This document shows positions 21,175-32,717 of a stretch of DNA of 64,000 nt, piece by piece. Position numbers and translations under genes: made by a program. The notes beneath the pieces are model-generated. The model saw only the letters and a program-made list of their open reading frames with translations. It had not been told where the DNA came from and searched no databases. Numbering within the stretch: position 1 is the stretch's first letter; each line of letters begins with the position of its first letter. The DNA is taken from assembly GCA_963808135.1 (NCBI GenBank), contig CAWEFA010000078.1:13797-77796 (forward strand), written 5' to 3'. This stretch comes from an uncultured Bacteroidota bacterium. GTDB lineage: Bacteria; Bacteroidota; Bacteroidia; Bacteroidales; DTGW01.

Positions 21175-22870
21175 ATGCCGCTACTTGAGGTTAATAATTT
21201 AACCGTTGCATTTGGAAAAGATAAATCAAAAGTTGCAGTCGATAAAATTTCATTTACACTTGAAGAAGGCGAAACGCTCGGCGTTGTTGGAGAATCAGGT
21301 TCGGGTAAAACGCTTACAGGTTTGTCTGTTATTGGCTTGGTCCCGTCTTATGCAAATACATCAGGTGAAATTTATTTTTACTCAGGTTTAAAAAAGGAAA
21401 ATCTCCTTCAGCTTCCTGAAAAAGAAAAGAAAAAGTACAGGGGCAAAATTATCTCGATGATTTTTCAGGAACCAATGACTGCTTTAAATCCTGTAATGTA
21501 TTGCGGAAAACAAGTTGAAGAGGTTTTAAAAATTCATACTTCTTTAAATAAAAGTCAGAGAAAAAATAAAGTTTTAGAACTTTTTACCGAAGCGCTCCTT
21601 TCAAACCCAATTGAAACTTATTATAAATATCCGCATCAGCTATCAGGCGGACAGCGGCAAAGGATAATGATTGCAATGGCTGTTGCCTGTAATCCGAAAA
21701 TATTAATTGCCGACGAACCAACCACAGCGCTTGATGTAACCACGCAGCAAAGTATCCTCGATTTATTAGGCAATTTAAAAGCGCGTTATAATATTTCAAT
21801 AATTTTTATTTCACATGATCTGGCAGTAATATCAAAAATTTCAGATAAAATAATTGTATTAAGCAATGGCAAGCAGGTTGAATATGGAACGGCTTCACAA
21901 ATAATCAACCAACCTAAGGCTGCTTATACCCGGGGATTAATTGCATGCAGGCCCAGGACGGACGTCAGGCTAAAACGGTTGCCCGTAATTGACGATTTTG
22001 TTAATAAAACCGATAACCAGCCGTTGTTCGAATGCTATTTCTACCAATGAACGAAACGATGCACAAAAAAAAATATATTCCCAACCGCCTGTAATTACTA
22101 TAAACAACCTCAATGCTTATTTTAATTCGGGATATAGTTTTATGGGAAAGCCGATAAAAAAATTTCATGCTTTAAAAGAAATAAAATTAGAAGTGTGGAA
22201 AGGTGAAAGCGTTGGATTGATTGGGGAATCGGGAAGCGGGAAAACAACCTTTGGCAGGACGCTTATGCAATTGATTGATAATTATGAAGGAAGCATAATA
22301 TTCCGGAACAAAAACATTTCAAACATAAAAGGCCGCGCACTTACCGATTTCAGGAAGGCAGTTCAATTGGTATTCCAGGATCCTTTTTCATCGCTTAACC
22401 CGAACCATACAATAGGATATTCAATAACCGAACCGATGATTGTCCATCGTTTATTCAAGAGTGCGAATGAAAGAAAAAAAAGGACGCTTCAACTTATGGA
22501 TATGGTAGGCATCAACGGCCAATGGTTTAGCCGGTATCCGCATCAATTATCGGGAGGGCAACGGCAACGAATTGCCATTGCAAGGGCGCTGGCGCTTCAA
22601 CCTGAAATTTTAATTTGCGACGAATCGGTCTCATCTCTTGATGTCTCCATCCAGGCACAAATTTTAAACCTTTTAAACGATTTGAAAAAAGAATTAAACC
22701 TTACGTATATTTTCATTTCACACGATATAGCTGTTGTAAAATACATGTGCGACAGGATATACGTGATGAAAGACGGCATGCTCATTGAAGAAGGCGAAGC
22801 GGATTCTTTATTTGCGAATCCTAAAGAGCCTTATACAAAAACCTTGTTTAATGCTGTAGTTGTTTCGTAA
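21175..22870 (+). CDS. Dipeptide/oligopeptide-type ABC transporter with two fused ATPase domains (indel near 22028)
   Basis: Two GESGSGKT / LSGGQRQR domains in overlapping ORFs offset by one base. Confidence 0.88.
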
Positions 22871-23061
22871 CATATTACAATATCAGTAATTAATGATTCT
22901 AATTTTTTTAGGTTTAAAGAAACAAGTAATTAAAAATTTATCAAAACTTTTATAACCAGGAACATAAAAAATATGTATAAGTTACATTGAAGTAAGCAAC
23001 AATATTTTTAGATTTGATTGTTTGTGCAAATTAAGTTTTTAAACTTTTTGACTAAAATTAT

Positions 23062-23086
23062 GAAACTATTCAATAAATCCGAATCT
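23062..23086 (+). promoter_or_regulatory. Putative ECF-sigma promoter GAAAC-N14-GAATCT
   Basis: Same boxes and spacing recur at 25333-25357. Confidence 0.55.
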
Positions 23087-23106
23087 ATATATTAGGTGCA
23101 TTAAAG

Positions 23107-23730
23107 ATGGCAACGATTGAGGAGATAATAAAGGGATGTAAAAGATATAATAAAACTTTTCAACATCTTTTGTACGAGAAATATGCTTCAATAATGAAAA
23201 GTGTTTGCTTTCGATATTTAAATAATGCCAGCGATATTGAAGATGTTTTGCAGGAAGGGTTTATAAAGGTATTTATGAAAATAAACCAATATTCAGGCAA
23301 GGGCTCATTTGAAGGTTGGATGAAAAAGATATTTGTCAATGTTTCATTAAAACATAATTTATCCAATCAGAAACATAAAGGGTTTTTAAATTTCGATAAT
23401 TTAAAAAAATATGAAAATGAAGATCAATTCAATTTTACGGAAGAAAAATATGATTTGGACTTGGATTGTCGCGATGAAGATATGCCAAAGAATTATTACG
23501 ATGCTATTTCTTTAGCCGATTTAACTGAAAAGGAAATGCTCGAAATTATCAAAGGCCTTCCTGAAAAATTGGCGTTGGTTTTTAACCTGTATTACATTGA
23601 GGATTTTAGTCATGATGAAATTGCAGAAATATTGAGCATTGATATTGTTACATCACGCACCAGGCTTTTAAGGGCAAGAAATTTTCTCAAAAAGGGGTTA
23701 TACGAATTTTGTATGATGAAAAATCAATAA
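23107..23730 (+). CDS. ECF sigma-70 factor
   Basis: DVLQEGFIKVF, GSFEGW, FSHDEIAEIL; acidic insert between regions 2 and 4. Confidence 0.92.
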   Translation: MATIEEIIKGCKRYNKTFQHLLYEKYASIMKSVCFRYLNNASDIEDVLQEGFIKVFMKINQYSGKGSFEGWMKKIFVNVSLKHNLSNQKHKGFLNFDNLKKYENEDQFNFTEEKYDLDLDCRDEDMPKNYYDAISLADLTEKEMLEIIKGLPEKLALVFNLYYIEDFSHDEIAEILSIDIVTSRTRLLRARNFLKKGLYEFCMMKNQ

Positions 23731-23740
23731 TAAATGAATT

Positions 23741-24316
23741 ATGAAGAATGATCTTGATAATATTGATTTACTTGTTAAGCAAAAATTATCAAATATTTCA
23801 TTTCAAGTTACAGATGATGAATGGAGCATACTTAACAAAAAATTAAGCGTTAAGAATTTTTTAAAATTCAGTCCGTTCAATGTAAATATTTATTATGTAG
23901 TTCTTGTATCTGCTTTAGTTAGTTTTACTGGCTATTTGGCTATTCAATCTTACAGATTTCATACACAAAATAAATATTTAGAGAAGTCTATAAAAGCGAA
24001 TAATAAAATTGAAAAGCAATCCATTCAAATTGAACCGGTAAATAATTCATTAAAAAAAGAAATTACAAATAAGCCTTGTAATGTAAACAAGAAAGATTCT
24101 CATTCATCCAATACATTTCAGGAAAATAAACCTAAGACAGATTCTTTAAATAAATCTAAAATTATTTTAAAAGATACTGTTCAGGTTAAAACTGAACCTG
24201 TAATCAAAAAAGCGGATTCTGTTTTACAAAATAAGCCTATTAAGAAAAAGGTTTACATTAAAAAAAATCCGGTTATTATAAGGGATACCATTATAAATTA
24301 CAAAACAACCCATTAA
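23741..24316 (+). CDS. Putative anti-sigma factor (N-terminal cytoplasmic segment, single TM)
   Basis: Immediately after the ECF gene; DNIDLLVKQKL..W N-terminus, one TM, low-complexity tail. Confidence 0.55.
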   Translation: MKNDLDNIDLLVKQKLSNISFQVTDDEWSILNKKLSVKNFLKFSPFNVNIYYVVLVSALVSFTGYLAIQSYRFHTQNKYLEKSIKANNKIEKQSIQIEPVNNSLKKEITNKPCNVNKKDSHSSNTFQENKPKTDSLNKSKIILKDTVQVKTEPVIKKADSVLQNKPIKKKVYIKKNPVIIRDTIINYKTTH

Positions 24317-24372
24317 AATTTTTGCATATACACTTATGTATTATATTTGAAGGGAAATAAAAACCAAAATAT

Positions 24373-25284
24373 ATGCATGGGCGATTTTATCTGATAATCC
24401 TTATTATCAACCTAAACATATTGTCGTACAATGCTTTTGGATTAGAGTTAAATAATCCCAATTACTATAAAAGTTTATCCGACTCAATCAAGGATAAAAT
24501 GTTAGTTGAATATGACACCGTGGTTTTGCCGCCTGATACCATTCGAATAACAGATACTTTGACAATTGCATATAATACTGCCACCAATAATGACACTAAA
24601 GAAAAAACGCCAAAACTCAATAACAAAATCACAAAGAGTTTAAACCAGCAACATTCTTATACTTTTTCAATTTGCGTTTCTCCCTTCGTTACCGGGCAAT
24701 ATATATTTCCTGGAAAATTAAAAGATAGCTTAACATATCCGCGTAACCAGCCTTTGAATTATTATTATGAAATTTCGTCGGGGTTAAAGTTTAAAAATTG
24801 GTTTTATTATGCAGAGTTTCATTTTATAAGTTTCTCAGAGATTATTGGAAAAGGACAATCTGCTACATCGCCCGATACAATTGAAACTAACGATGAAATT
24901 ATTTATGGCACAAAAACGGTTCAATTAAAGAGCCAGATAAAAAATTATTTTTATTACGCAGGCATTCTCATTGGCGCAGGTTATGAACTGGAAAAGCGCA
25001 ACTGGATTTTTACCCCGCAGGCAGGAATTTCAATAAGCAGGCAATTGCCCGGCAAATCATACGAATTCGGTAATGGTATAAACATTAAAGAAATCCCGGA
25101 TGGCAATCAACCTGATTACTGGTTTTCCATATCATTATCTCCAGCGGTTGGATATAAGCTAACTAAAAATTTGCTGTTTTTAGTTTTGCCCGCATATGTT
25201 TACAATTTTTATGGAAAAAATGTTTACCCATTGACATACAGGCAAAATCTCAGGTTTGGCTTAGGATTGAGATATGAATTGTAA
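24373..25284 (+). CDS. Outer-membrane beta-barrel protein
   Basis: Signal peptide; amphipathic strands; C-terminal FGLGLRYEL. Confidence 0.65.
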   Translation: MHGRFYLIILIINLNILSYNAFGLELNNPNYYKSLSDSIKDKMLVEYDTVVLPPDTIRITDTLTIAYNTATNNDTKEKTPKLNNKITKSLNQQHSYTFSICVSPFVTGQYIFPGKLKDSLTYPRNQPLNYYYEISSGLKFKNWFYYAEFHFISFSEIIGKGQSATSPDTIETNDEIIYGTKTVQLKSQIKNYFYYAGILIGAGYELEKRNWIFTPQAGISISRQLPGKSYEFGNGINIKEIPDGNQPDYWFSISLSPAVGYKLTKNLLFLVLPAYVYNFYGKNVYPLTYRQNLRFGLGLRYEL

Positions 25285-25332
25285 ATTTCCACCCTTGTTT
25301 TTGTTTGAACTAAATTTTTTTTGATTTTTCAG

Positions 25333-25357
25333 GGAACGTTTTTCAATTTTTGAATCT
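25333..25357 (+). promoter_or_regulatory. Putative ECF-sigma promoter GGAAC-N14-GAATCT
   Basis: Matches the motif upstream of the ECF gene (23062-23086). Confidence 0.55.
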
Positions 25358-25436
25358 TATTAATAAATCTTATTAATTTAGATATTGGTTTTGTAAATTA
25401 TAGTTAATTAATAATAGCCTTTTTTATTTAAAATTT

Positions 25437-26921
25437 ATGAGAAGCAATAAAGTTGTGAAGCTAATATTTAAATGTTCAGTTTTTGGATTCCCAATGGCTG
25501 CCCTTTTTATTTTTTCTGCAATATCGTGCCAAAAAAACGCAATTATCAGCTCCTCATCGGATACATCCTTTGTTCAGAAAGGTTCGATAAAGAAAAAAGG
25601 GCAGCTTTCTTTTATTATAATGCCCGGAAATGTTAACCCAACCCAGAAAACTCATTCAATAAATCCCGGCATCAAATCCATAATAGTTAGTATTGAAGAT
25701 TTGAAAGGCAATAAAATTTGGAATTTAGACACAATAAAGCTTGGGAAAAGCGGAAATGATTATACGTGCTTTGATTCCATAAATGTAGGAAGTTACAAGC
25801 TAACGCGTTTTTTTGCGCTTGATTCAACCGGGACAATTGCATTTGCAACCCCATTGGCGAATTCTTCGAAAGCGGGTTTAGTTAATAATCCTTTGCCAAT
25901 ACAATTTTCAGTTATCTATAAACAACTTACAAGCATCTTGCCTGAGATTTTGAACGTTTATAAATCTGATACCAGTGGTTTTGGAATTTCTCCCGGATAT
26001 CAGGTAATAGATTCATTTAGTTTTTTAATAAGCGTTTCAGTTTTAAATTCTGTTACCCAAAGCTATGAGTTTACTGATGCATCCCTTACAATATCCGATG
26101 GAACAACTGATTTATATATTTTGCCGATTGCTGCCAAAATAAATCAAATAAGCATAAAAAGCGGTTTAAAAAGTTATACGCTTAAAGTTTCTAAAAGCGG
26201 TTTTGAAACATACACAAGTATATTTACAGTTGATTCGCTTAGAGCTTGTTATGCAAAACCATTGAGTATAACTTTACAGCCTTTAACTATTGATTTGACA
26301 GCAGGGCTAGTGGCCTATTACCCGTTTAACGGGAATGCAAATGATGAAAGCGGCAATGGAAATAATGGAACTGTTTATGGTGCTACATTAGCAACAGATA
26401 GATTTGGAAATGCAAATAAGGCTTATGATTTCAATGGAATCAACAATTTCATTGAATTTTCTAATAAATTTGATATCTTAACACGTACAATTGATTTGTG
26501 GTTTTACGCAGATGATGCTGATTATAGCAGTTCTTATGGAAGTATTTATCAATCAGATAACCAAAATTTATTATACGGAAATACAGGAGTTGCAATAAAA
26601 GATATTGGTGGTTTGAAAAAGTTGTTATTAACAATTTCCGGCGTTACCGATACTATCAATATAATTACAAATTCATGGAATAATCTTGCAATTACTGTAA
26701 ATGCCAATAAGGAGATAAACTACTATTATAATGGTATTTTAATTGGTAGCAAAACTTTTATTCAATATGTCAGTTCAGTTGATGGCTTAGATATTGCCAT
26801 AATTGGGTCAAGCAGACTTGCATATAACCAATATTTTAAAGGTAAAATTGATGATGTGAGAATCTACAACAGGGCATTGAGTAATAATGAAATACAATTG
26901 CTTTATAATGAAACAAAATAG
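25437..26921 (+). CDS. Lipoprotein with C-terminal LamG-like (concanavalin A) domain
   Basis: Lipobox AISC; GLVAYYPFNGNANDESGN..DRFGN..FKGKIDDVRIYNRAL. Confidence 0.85.
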   Translation: MRSNKVVKLIFKCSVFGFPMAALFIFSAISCQKNAIISSSSDTSFVQKGSIKKKGQLSFIIMPGNVNPTQKTHSINPGIKSIIVSIEDLKGNKIWNLDTIKLGKSGNDYTCFDSINVGSYKLTRFFALDSTGTIAFATPLANSSKAGLVNNPLPIQFSVIYKQLTSILPEILNVYKSDTSGFGISPGYQVIDSFSFLISVSVLNSVTQSYEFTDASLTISDGTTDLYILPIAAKINQISIKSGLKSYTLKVSKSGFETYTSIFTVDSLRACYAKPLSITLQPLTIDLTAGLVAYYPFNGNANDESGNGNNGTVYGATLATDRFGNANKAYDFNGINNFIEFSNKFDILTRTIDLWFYADDADYSSSYGSIYQSDNQNLLYGNTGVAIKDIGGLKKLLLTISGVTDTINIITNSWNNLAITVNANKEINYYYNGILIGSKTFIQYVSSVDGLDIAIIGSSRLAYNQYFKGKIDDVRIYNRALSNNEIQLLYNETK

Positions 26922-27117
26922 CAATAGAATTTAACATATTGATTTGTCTTCTGCTTTCTGGCTCAAAGCAAGATGAATTCTAACGCCACAAAATAGCAAA
27001 AAGTGTTGAACTTTACTATTATAAGGAATTTTTGAAATTTTTATCTTTTATTCCTTTGTCTTTTGTATATGAAGTTTCTAAATTATAACTTTACCGCTTC
27101 ATTTTTGAGGAATATAA

Positions 27118-28305
27118 ATGTTAGCATATTTCAAGAAATTTAAATTCTTTATAAGAATTCTAATTTATAGCAGTTTTAATTTTTGGTTTGATCTCATTTC
27201 TATTCTCATTATCTTCAGATCTGTTAGAAATATTTCAAAAAATTTTAATCAACAAAAAACAATAGGAATTATTTCAGACTGTTACTTACCACGTATTGAA
27301 AAAATAGCATATGGATTATCCAAATCCGGGTACAACATAATATTGTTTTGTAAAGATTCAAAACACTTTAGTAAAACTTTCTCTCAGATATTTACTTATA
27401 GAAGCCCAATGAAAGCCCACTGGCTTGCAAAACAGTTCAAGCCAATGGTATATCATATATTTTCAAGTTGGAATTTCGATACTTCATATTCTATAATAAA
27501 AAATAAACAACATCTGCCTTTGATTATATTCGATGATTATGATGTAATGGCTGGTATGGTTTTTAATGAATTTGCGAAAAAAAGGTATCCCGGGCAGTTA
27601 AGAAAAGAAAGAATGTGTCTTGAAAATGCTGACGGCCTTTGTTGTAGAAGTTTGGAAACACAATATGCTAAAAGATACCTAAATTACAATTATAAGGCGA
27701 AACGTATTTTTTTCCCGGAGTACATTTGGTCTCAGCCCCTAAAAAATAATTCCGAATCATCTGTAAATAAAAAAACGCTACTTTATATTGGAAACATAGA
27801 TCAAAGTCTTACAACCATTGTTTTGTCATTAAAGACTATTGGCTGGACTCTTGATATTTATCCGGCGCATATAGTAAAAACGGATAAATTTAGTTTCCCG
27901 GATAATGTGATCGTTCACAAAACCATCAATCCAAAAGATTTGATATTTACTATAAGTCAATACAATGTTGCCATTCAATTTCCAAGTAAAATAATCAGTC
28001 AAAATAAAAAAATATACACTATCCATAAAGATTATTATTCCGCTTCTGGAAAGGTTTTCGACTATATCGAGGCCGGCCTGAAAGTTCTTATATCGGACGA
28101 AATCCATCAGAAGTGGTTATTAAAACGTTATGGTGCAGCAATTGAAATTGATGAACTAAACCCACTTGAAGATATTGTAAAAAAACTTTCTACTTTTGAT
28201 ATTCATGATGCAACAGAAAATAAAACATTTGTAAGTACAGATTATTTAAATATAGAAAAACAGATAACCCGTTTGATTGTTTTTTATAATAATCTGACTG
28301 AGTAA
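27118..28305 (+). CDS. Glycosyltransferase-like protein (GT-B, divergent)
   Basis: C-terminal GKVFDYIEAGLKVL resembles the GT4 nucleotide-binding motif; first gene of the polysaccharide cluster. Confidence 0.6.
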   Translation: MLAYFKKFKFFIRILIYSSFNFWFDLISILIIFRSVRNISKNFNQQKTIGIISDCYLPRIEKIAYGLSKSGYNIILFCKDSKHFSKTFSQIFTYRSPMKAHWLAKQFKPMVYHIFSSWNFDTSYSIIKNKQHLPLIIFDDYDVMAGMVFNEFAKKRYPGQLRKERMCLENADGLCCRSLETQYAKRYLNYNYKAKRIFFPEYIWSQPLKNNSESSVNKKTLLYIGNIDQSLTTIVLSLKTIGWTLDIYPAHIVKTDKFSFPDNVIVHKTINPKDLIFTISQYNVAIQFPSKIISQNKKIYTIHKDYYSASGKVFDYIEAGLKVLISDEIHQKWLLKRYGAAIEIDELNPLEDIVKKLSTFDIHDATENKTFVSTDYLNIEKQITRLIVFYNNLTE

Positions 28306-28457
28306 GATTATTTTGAATGATGAAAGAACTTAAACTCATTGAAAAAATGATTCATTTGAAATGACGCTTCCTGTAAAGTTGGGAGCTAACATTACAATAC
28401 AAAATTATATTTATAATATTCCGTAATATTACATAAGGGTCAACTTTTTAAAATGCG

Positions 28458-29345
28458 ATGAAAGAAGAATATTCAGTTAAAACAAAAGAAGAAGCATTAT
28501 ATTTTAATCGAAAAGTTTATAATGGTGATTTTGGTTCAAATTATGACAAAACGCATAGTTTAAAATATACACATTATAGCCAAAGAATCTTTCAAAAGAA
28601 TGTCAAAGACATTATTGATAATCTCAGGAAGGCTAAGAATAGCCTAAACCTTATTGATATAGGCACCGGAACAGGGTCTCTATCATTGAATTATTATAAA
28701 AATATCAAGCCTTCAGATACGGTGACAAATGTTGACATTTCGAAAAAAATGATAGAACTCTTGAAATTGAAACTGACTCAGGAACAAATAAACCAGAGCA
28801 TATTTGTTATCGATGACGCTTACACTTTCCTTGCTAAATCTCAATTGAATTTTGATTTAATAGGTTTTGCAGGTGCATTACACCACTTCTATGACTACGA
28901 GAAAGTGATTGATATGGCTTGCAAAAATCTGAAACCATTCGGTTACTTATATATAGCGTTAGAACCGAAAATGAGCAATAACTACATTGAAAAAACCGTT
29001 ATAAATTATGAACATATTATTCAACGGTATAAGAAACGCCAGTTCAGTTTTACCCGTTGTATTATAAAAATTTTATATAATCCTTTTCATTTTTTAAACA
29101 ATTGGTTTTTGGGTAAAAGCGTTCAAGTTGATGTTCCGAATAGCAATCCTGACTTGGAAAAGTCTGAAGTTGTTACTTCTGGACTCGACCTTTATAGAGT
29201 GAAAGAAATATTAAAAACTAATGAACTCAGAATTATTAAACTTAGCAGCGGACCGGGTTATACTCATGTTTTCACTTATAGGTTAATGAATTTATTTAAG
29301 ATTAACAGTCATTTTCAGTTAATTGCCCAAAAAGAAGCTGTTTAA
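28458..29345 (+). CDS. Class I SAM-dependent methyltransferase
   Basis: IDIGTGTG, VDIS..M, ALHH. Confidence 0.85.
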   Translation: MKEEYSVKTKEEALYFNRKVYNGDFGSNYDKTHSLKYTHYSQRIFQKNVKDIIDNLRKAKNSLNLIDIGTGTGSLSLNYYKNIKPSDTVTNVDISKKMIELLKLKLTQEQINQSIFVIDDAYTFLAKSQLNFDLIGFAGALHHFYDYEKVIDMACKNLKPFGYLYIALEPKMSNNYIEKTVINYEHIIQRYKKRQFSFTRCIIKILYNPFHFLNNWFLGKSVQVDVPNSNPDLEKSEVVTSGLDLYRVKEILKTNELRIIKLSSGPGYTHVFTYRLMNLFKINSHFQLIAQKEAV

Positions 29346-29363
29346 AATTTTAATTAGCAAGAA

Positions 29364-30080
29364 ATGAAAACTAAAAGCATGGGTTTAAATACAAAGAACC
29401 ATTGGGAAAGGATTGGAAAGAGAACCTGGAAAGACTATAAATGGATATTAAACCATTGTATAAAATATTACGATTCAGATGAACCATTTGAAACCCTTGT
29501 GGACATTGGCTGTGGCAATGGAGAATTTCTCGAGACTTGTGTCCATTTTGGATTAAATGCAATCGGTATAGAAGCTGAAAAAGATGCTCTTATTACCTGC
29601 AAAAATAAAGGCTTGTCAGTCATTGCCCTGGATTTGACTTCACAAACTTATCCAATACCTGATAATAGTGCCTCAGTTGTTACATGCAGCCAATTATTAG
29701 AGCATTTAGGTAAAGAAGATGGTATCCATTTATTAAATGAAATTTATAGAATATTGAAAGTTAACGGGATAGTTTTGATATATTCACCAAGTTTTTATAA
29801 TATATCAGGTAGAACTATGCCTTTTCATTTACACTGCTGGAAACCAAAAGAATTAGAAATCGAATTGATTAAGATTGGTTATAAAAATTTAAAATTTTTA
29901 TTTGTTCCAATGCACTGGGCTCATTTATTAAAATATAAACCGGACCGGTACAACAGATTGACAAGAAAAAAACCAAATTGGTTGGGAAAATTTTTATCAA
30001 TTTCAATATCCGGATTGTATTTTCTGACTAAAGCGAAAATATTATCAGGCAATACAGGTTATATTGGATACAAAAAGTAA
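29364..30080 (+). CDS. Class I SAM-dependent methyltransferase
   Basis: VDIGCGNG, LLEHL, RILKVNG. Confidence 0.85.
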   Translation: MKTKSMGLNTKNHWERIGKRTWKDYKWILNHCIKYYDSDEPFETLVDIGCGNGEFLETCVHFGLNAIGIEAEKDALITCKNKGLSVIALDLTSQTYPIPDNSASVVTCSQLLEHLGKEDGIHLLNEIYRILKVNGIVLIYSPSFYNISGRTMPFHLHCWKPKELEIELIKIGYKNLKFLFVPMHWAHLLKYKPDRYNRLTRKKPNWLGKFLSISISGLYFLTKAKILSGNTGYIGYKK

Positions 30081-30189
30081 AGAATATTCTATAATTTTAA
30101 TGACCTAACTGAAATATTTTTTCTGATTATATTGATTATTATGAATTTATAATGTTTAATTTCGGTTAAAGTAAAAAAATAATTATATA

Positions 30190-31179
30190 ATGAAAGCTAT
30201 AGTAACAGGAGGTTGCGGTTTTATTGGGAGCCATCTTACTGAGATGCTGTTAAACGATAACCATGAAGTTATTGTTATCGATAACCTTTCGACAGGCAGG
30301 TTATTAAATATTCAACATTTACAAAATTTTAAATCTCTTAAGTTTGTTGAAGTTGATGTAGCTGATTTTCAAAAGATAGAACCATATTTTAAAAAAGTTG
30401 ATTGGATATTTCATTTAGCCGCTTTGGCAGATATAGTACCTTCAATTGAACAGCCTCTAGCTTATCACCATTCAAATGTAAATGGAACCATCTCTGTTTT
30501 AGAAGCATCAAGAAAAAACAATATTAAACATTTGATTTATGCTGCATCATCCTCATGCTATGGAATTCCCAAAGTGTATCCTACCCCCGAAAAGAGTTCT
30601 ATTAGTCCGCAATATCCTTATGCATTAACCAAAAATCTTGGTGAACAATATGTGATGTTTTGGAACAAGTTATACAAGTTACCTGCAACATCATTAAGAT
30701 TTTTCAATGTCTATGGTCCAAGATCGAGGACATCAGGAACTTATGGCGCAGTATTTGGAGTATTTCTGGCACAAAAGCTTAATAATAAACCATTTACTGT
30801 TATCGGCGATGGTTCCCAGACACGTGACTTTACCTATGTTACTGACATTGCTTCTGCATGTATCGCAGCTTCGAAAAGCAATAACGCTATCGGACAAATA
30901 ATGAATGTTGGTAGTGGCAATACTTACAGTATAAATTTGCTCACTAAATTACTTGGAGGAGAAGTAATCTATATTAAAAAACGGCCTGGAGAACCCGATT
31001 GCACATTTGCCGATATTTCAAAAATAAAAAAGGTGCTTGACTGGAAACCTGAGGTGACTTTTGAACAAGGTGTAAAAAATATGCTTGATAATATTAATTA
31101 CTGGCGGGAAGCGCCATTGTGGAATCCTGCAAATATTGAAGTTGCGACCCAAGACTGGTTTAAGTATTTAGGAAAGTAG
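30190..31179 (+). CDS. NAD-dependent epimerase/dehydratase
   Basis: GGCGFIGSH, YPYALTK, FNVYGPR. Confidence 0.9.
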   Translation: MKAIVTGGCGFIGSHLTEMLLNDNHEVIVIDNLSTGRLLNIQHLQNFKSLKFVEVDVADFQKIEPYFKKVDWIFHLAALADIVPSIEQPLAYHHSNVNGTISVLEASRKNNIKHLIYAASSSCYGIPKVYPTPEKSSISPQYPYALTKNLGEQYVMFWNKLYKLPATSLRFFNVYGPRSRTSGTYGAVFGVFLAQKLNNKPFTVIGDGSQTRDFTYVTDIASACIAASKSNNAIGQIMNVGSGNTYSINLLTKLLGGEVIYIKKRPGEPDCTFADISKIKKVLDWKPEVTFEQGVKNMLDNINYWREAPLWNPANIEVATQDWFKYLGK

Positions 31180-31183
31180 ATAA

Positions 31184-32710
31184 ATGAAAAATAAGATTGT
31201 TACTTTAAATGAGCTTGAAGAAATTTCTAAAAAGCTTAAAAAACAAGGATTAAAGATTGTTCATTGCCATGGAGTCTTTGATTTAATACATCCTGGACAC
31301 ATAAAACATTTTGAAGCTGCTAAAAAATTTGGAGACTATCTAATTGTTACATTAACCGCAGATAAATATGTTAATAAAGGTCCTGGCAGACCAGTATTCA
31401 ATGAAGTTTTAAGAGCCGAGACGATTGCTGCATTGCAAATAATAGACTTTGTTTCAATTGTTCATCATTCTCTTGCATTGACTGCCATAGAAGCAATAAA
31501 ACCAGATTTTTATATTAAGGGTCAGGAGTATAAAAATTCTGAAGATGATATTACGGGTGGAATAATTGATGAGAGAAAAAAAGTTGAGGAATTTGGTGGA
31601 AAATTAGCATTTACGGAAGAGGTTGTTTTTAGTTCAAGCAAATTAATAAATCGCTTCATTGACAATACAAATGAAAATGTAAAAGATTATCTAAAACAAA
31701 CAAGGGAAAAAGTAAGTTTTGATAAATTAATAACAGATTTCGAAATGATTTCAAAACTTAAAGTTGCCATTATAGGTGAAATAATACTGGACGAATATAT
31801 ATTTGTCACGCCTTTAGGTAAAGCCTCCAAATCAACAACTATTACAGCCAAAAGATTAAACGGCGAATTATATGCAGGGGGAGTACTGGCAGTAGCGAAC
31901 CATGTCTCTAATTTTGTACAGGAAGTTAAGTTAATATCAACTTATGGATTAAATTTTGGCAAAAATTATCTGAGCTTTATTAAAAGTAAACTCAATTCCA
32001 ATATTAAATTTGAAGGAATATTTACTCCTGATCGACCTACTATCTTAAAAAGAAGATATGTTGATAACACATTTAAGCATAAAATATTTGAAATAACAGA
32101 AATTGATGATATTCCGTTGAATTCTGAAATCAATGAGCAGTTTATAAATAAATTAAAAGATATTGAAAAAAAATATGATTTATTGATAATTGCTGATTTT
32201 GGGCATGGTATGATTAACAATGATTTGGTAAATATTTTAACTAAAAAAGAGATGTTTATTTCTGTTAATGCTCAAACTAATAGTGCAAATAATGGTTTTA
32301 ACCTGCTCTTAAAATATTCGAATTGCGATTACTTTTCAATTGATGAAAATGAAGCAAGATTAGCGACCCATGATAAATATACTGATATTGATTTATTGCT
32401 TAATCAGCTTATAAAGAAAACACATGCAAATATTGCTTCTATAACCTTGGGAGTCATGGGTACAATGGTTGGTGAGAAAAGTAATACTTTTTCTATTGCC
32501 CCGGTTTTATCAAATGAAGTAGTAGATACTATTGGTGCAGGGGATGCTTATCTTTCCATTACATCATTAATGGCAAAAAACGGCAATACCCCTGACGAAA
32601 TTGCTTTCGTTGGTAATGCAGTAGGAGCTATGGCCGTGAGGATTCTTGGGAATAAATCATATATCGAAAAAGTACCCTTATTAAAATATCTCAAAACATT
32701 GCTAACCTAA
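31184..32710 (+). CDS. Bifunctional nucleotidyltransferase + PfkB sugar kinase (HldE-like, reversed domain order)
   Basis: N-terminal HGVFDLIHPGH; C-terminal DTIGAGD PfkB signature. Confidence 0.85.
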   Translation: MKNKIVTLNELEEISKKLKKQGLKIVHCHGVFDLIHPGHIKHFEAAKKFGDYLIVTLTADKYVNKGPGRPVFNEVLRAETIAALQIIDFVSIVHHSLALTAIEAIKPDFYIKGQEYKNSEDDITGGIIDERKKVEEFGGKLAFTEEVVFSSSKLINRFIDNTNENVKDYLKQTREKVSFDKLITDFEMISKLKVAIIGEIILDEYIFVTPLGKASKSTTITAKRLNGELYAGGVLAVANHVSNFVQEVKLISTYGLNFGKNYLSFIKSKLNSNIKFEGIFTPDRPTILKRRYVDNTFKHKIFEITEIDDIPLNSEINEQFINKLKDIEKKYDLLIIADFGHGMINNDLVNILTKKEMFISVNAQTNSANNGFNLLLKYSNCDYFSIDENEARLATHDKYTDIDLLLNQLIKKTHANIASITLGVMGTMVGEKSNTFSIAPVLSNEVVDTIGAGDAYLSITSLMAKNGNTPDEIAFVGNAVGAMAVRILGNKSYIEKVPLLKYLKTLLT

Positions 32711-32717
32711 TATTACA

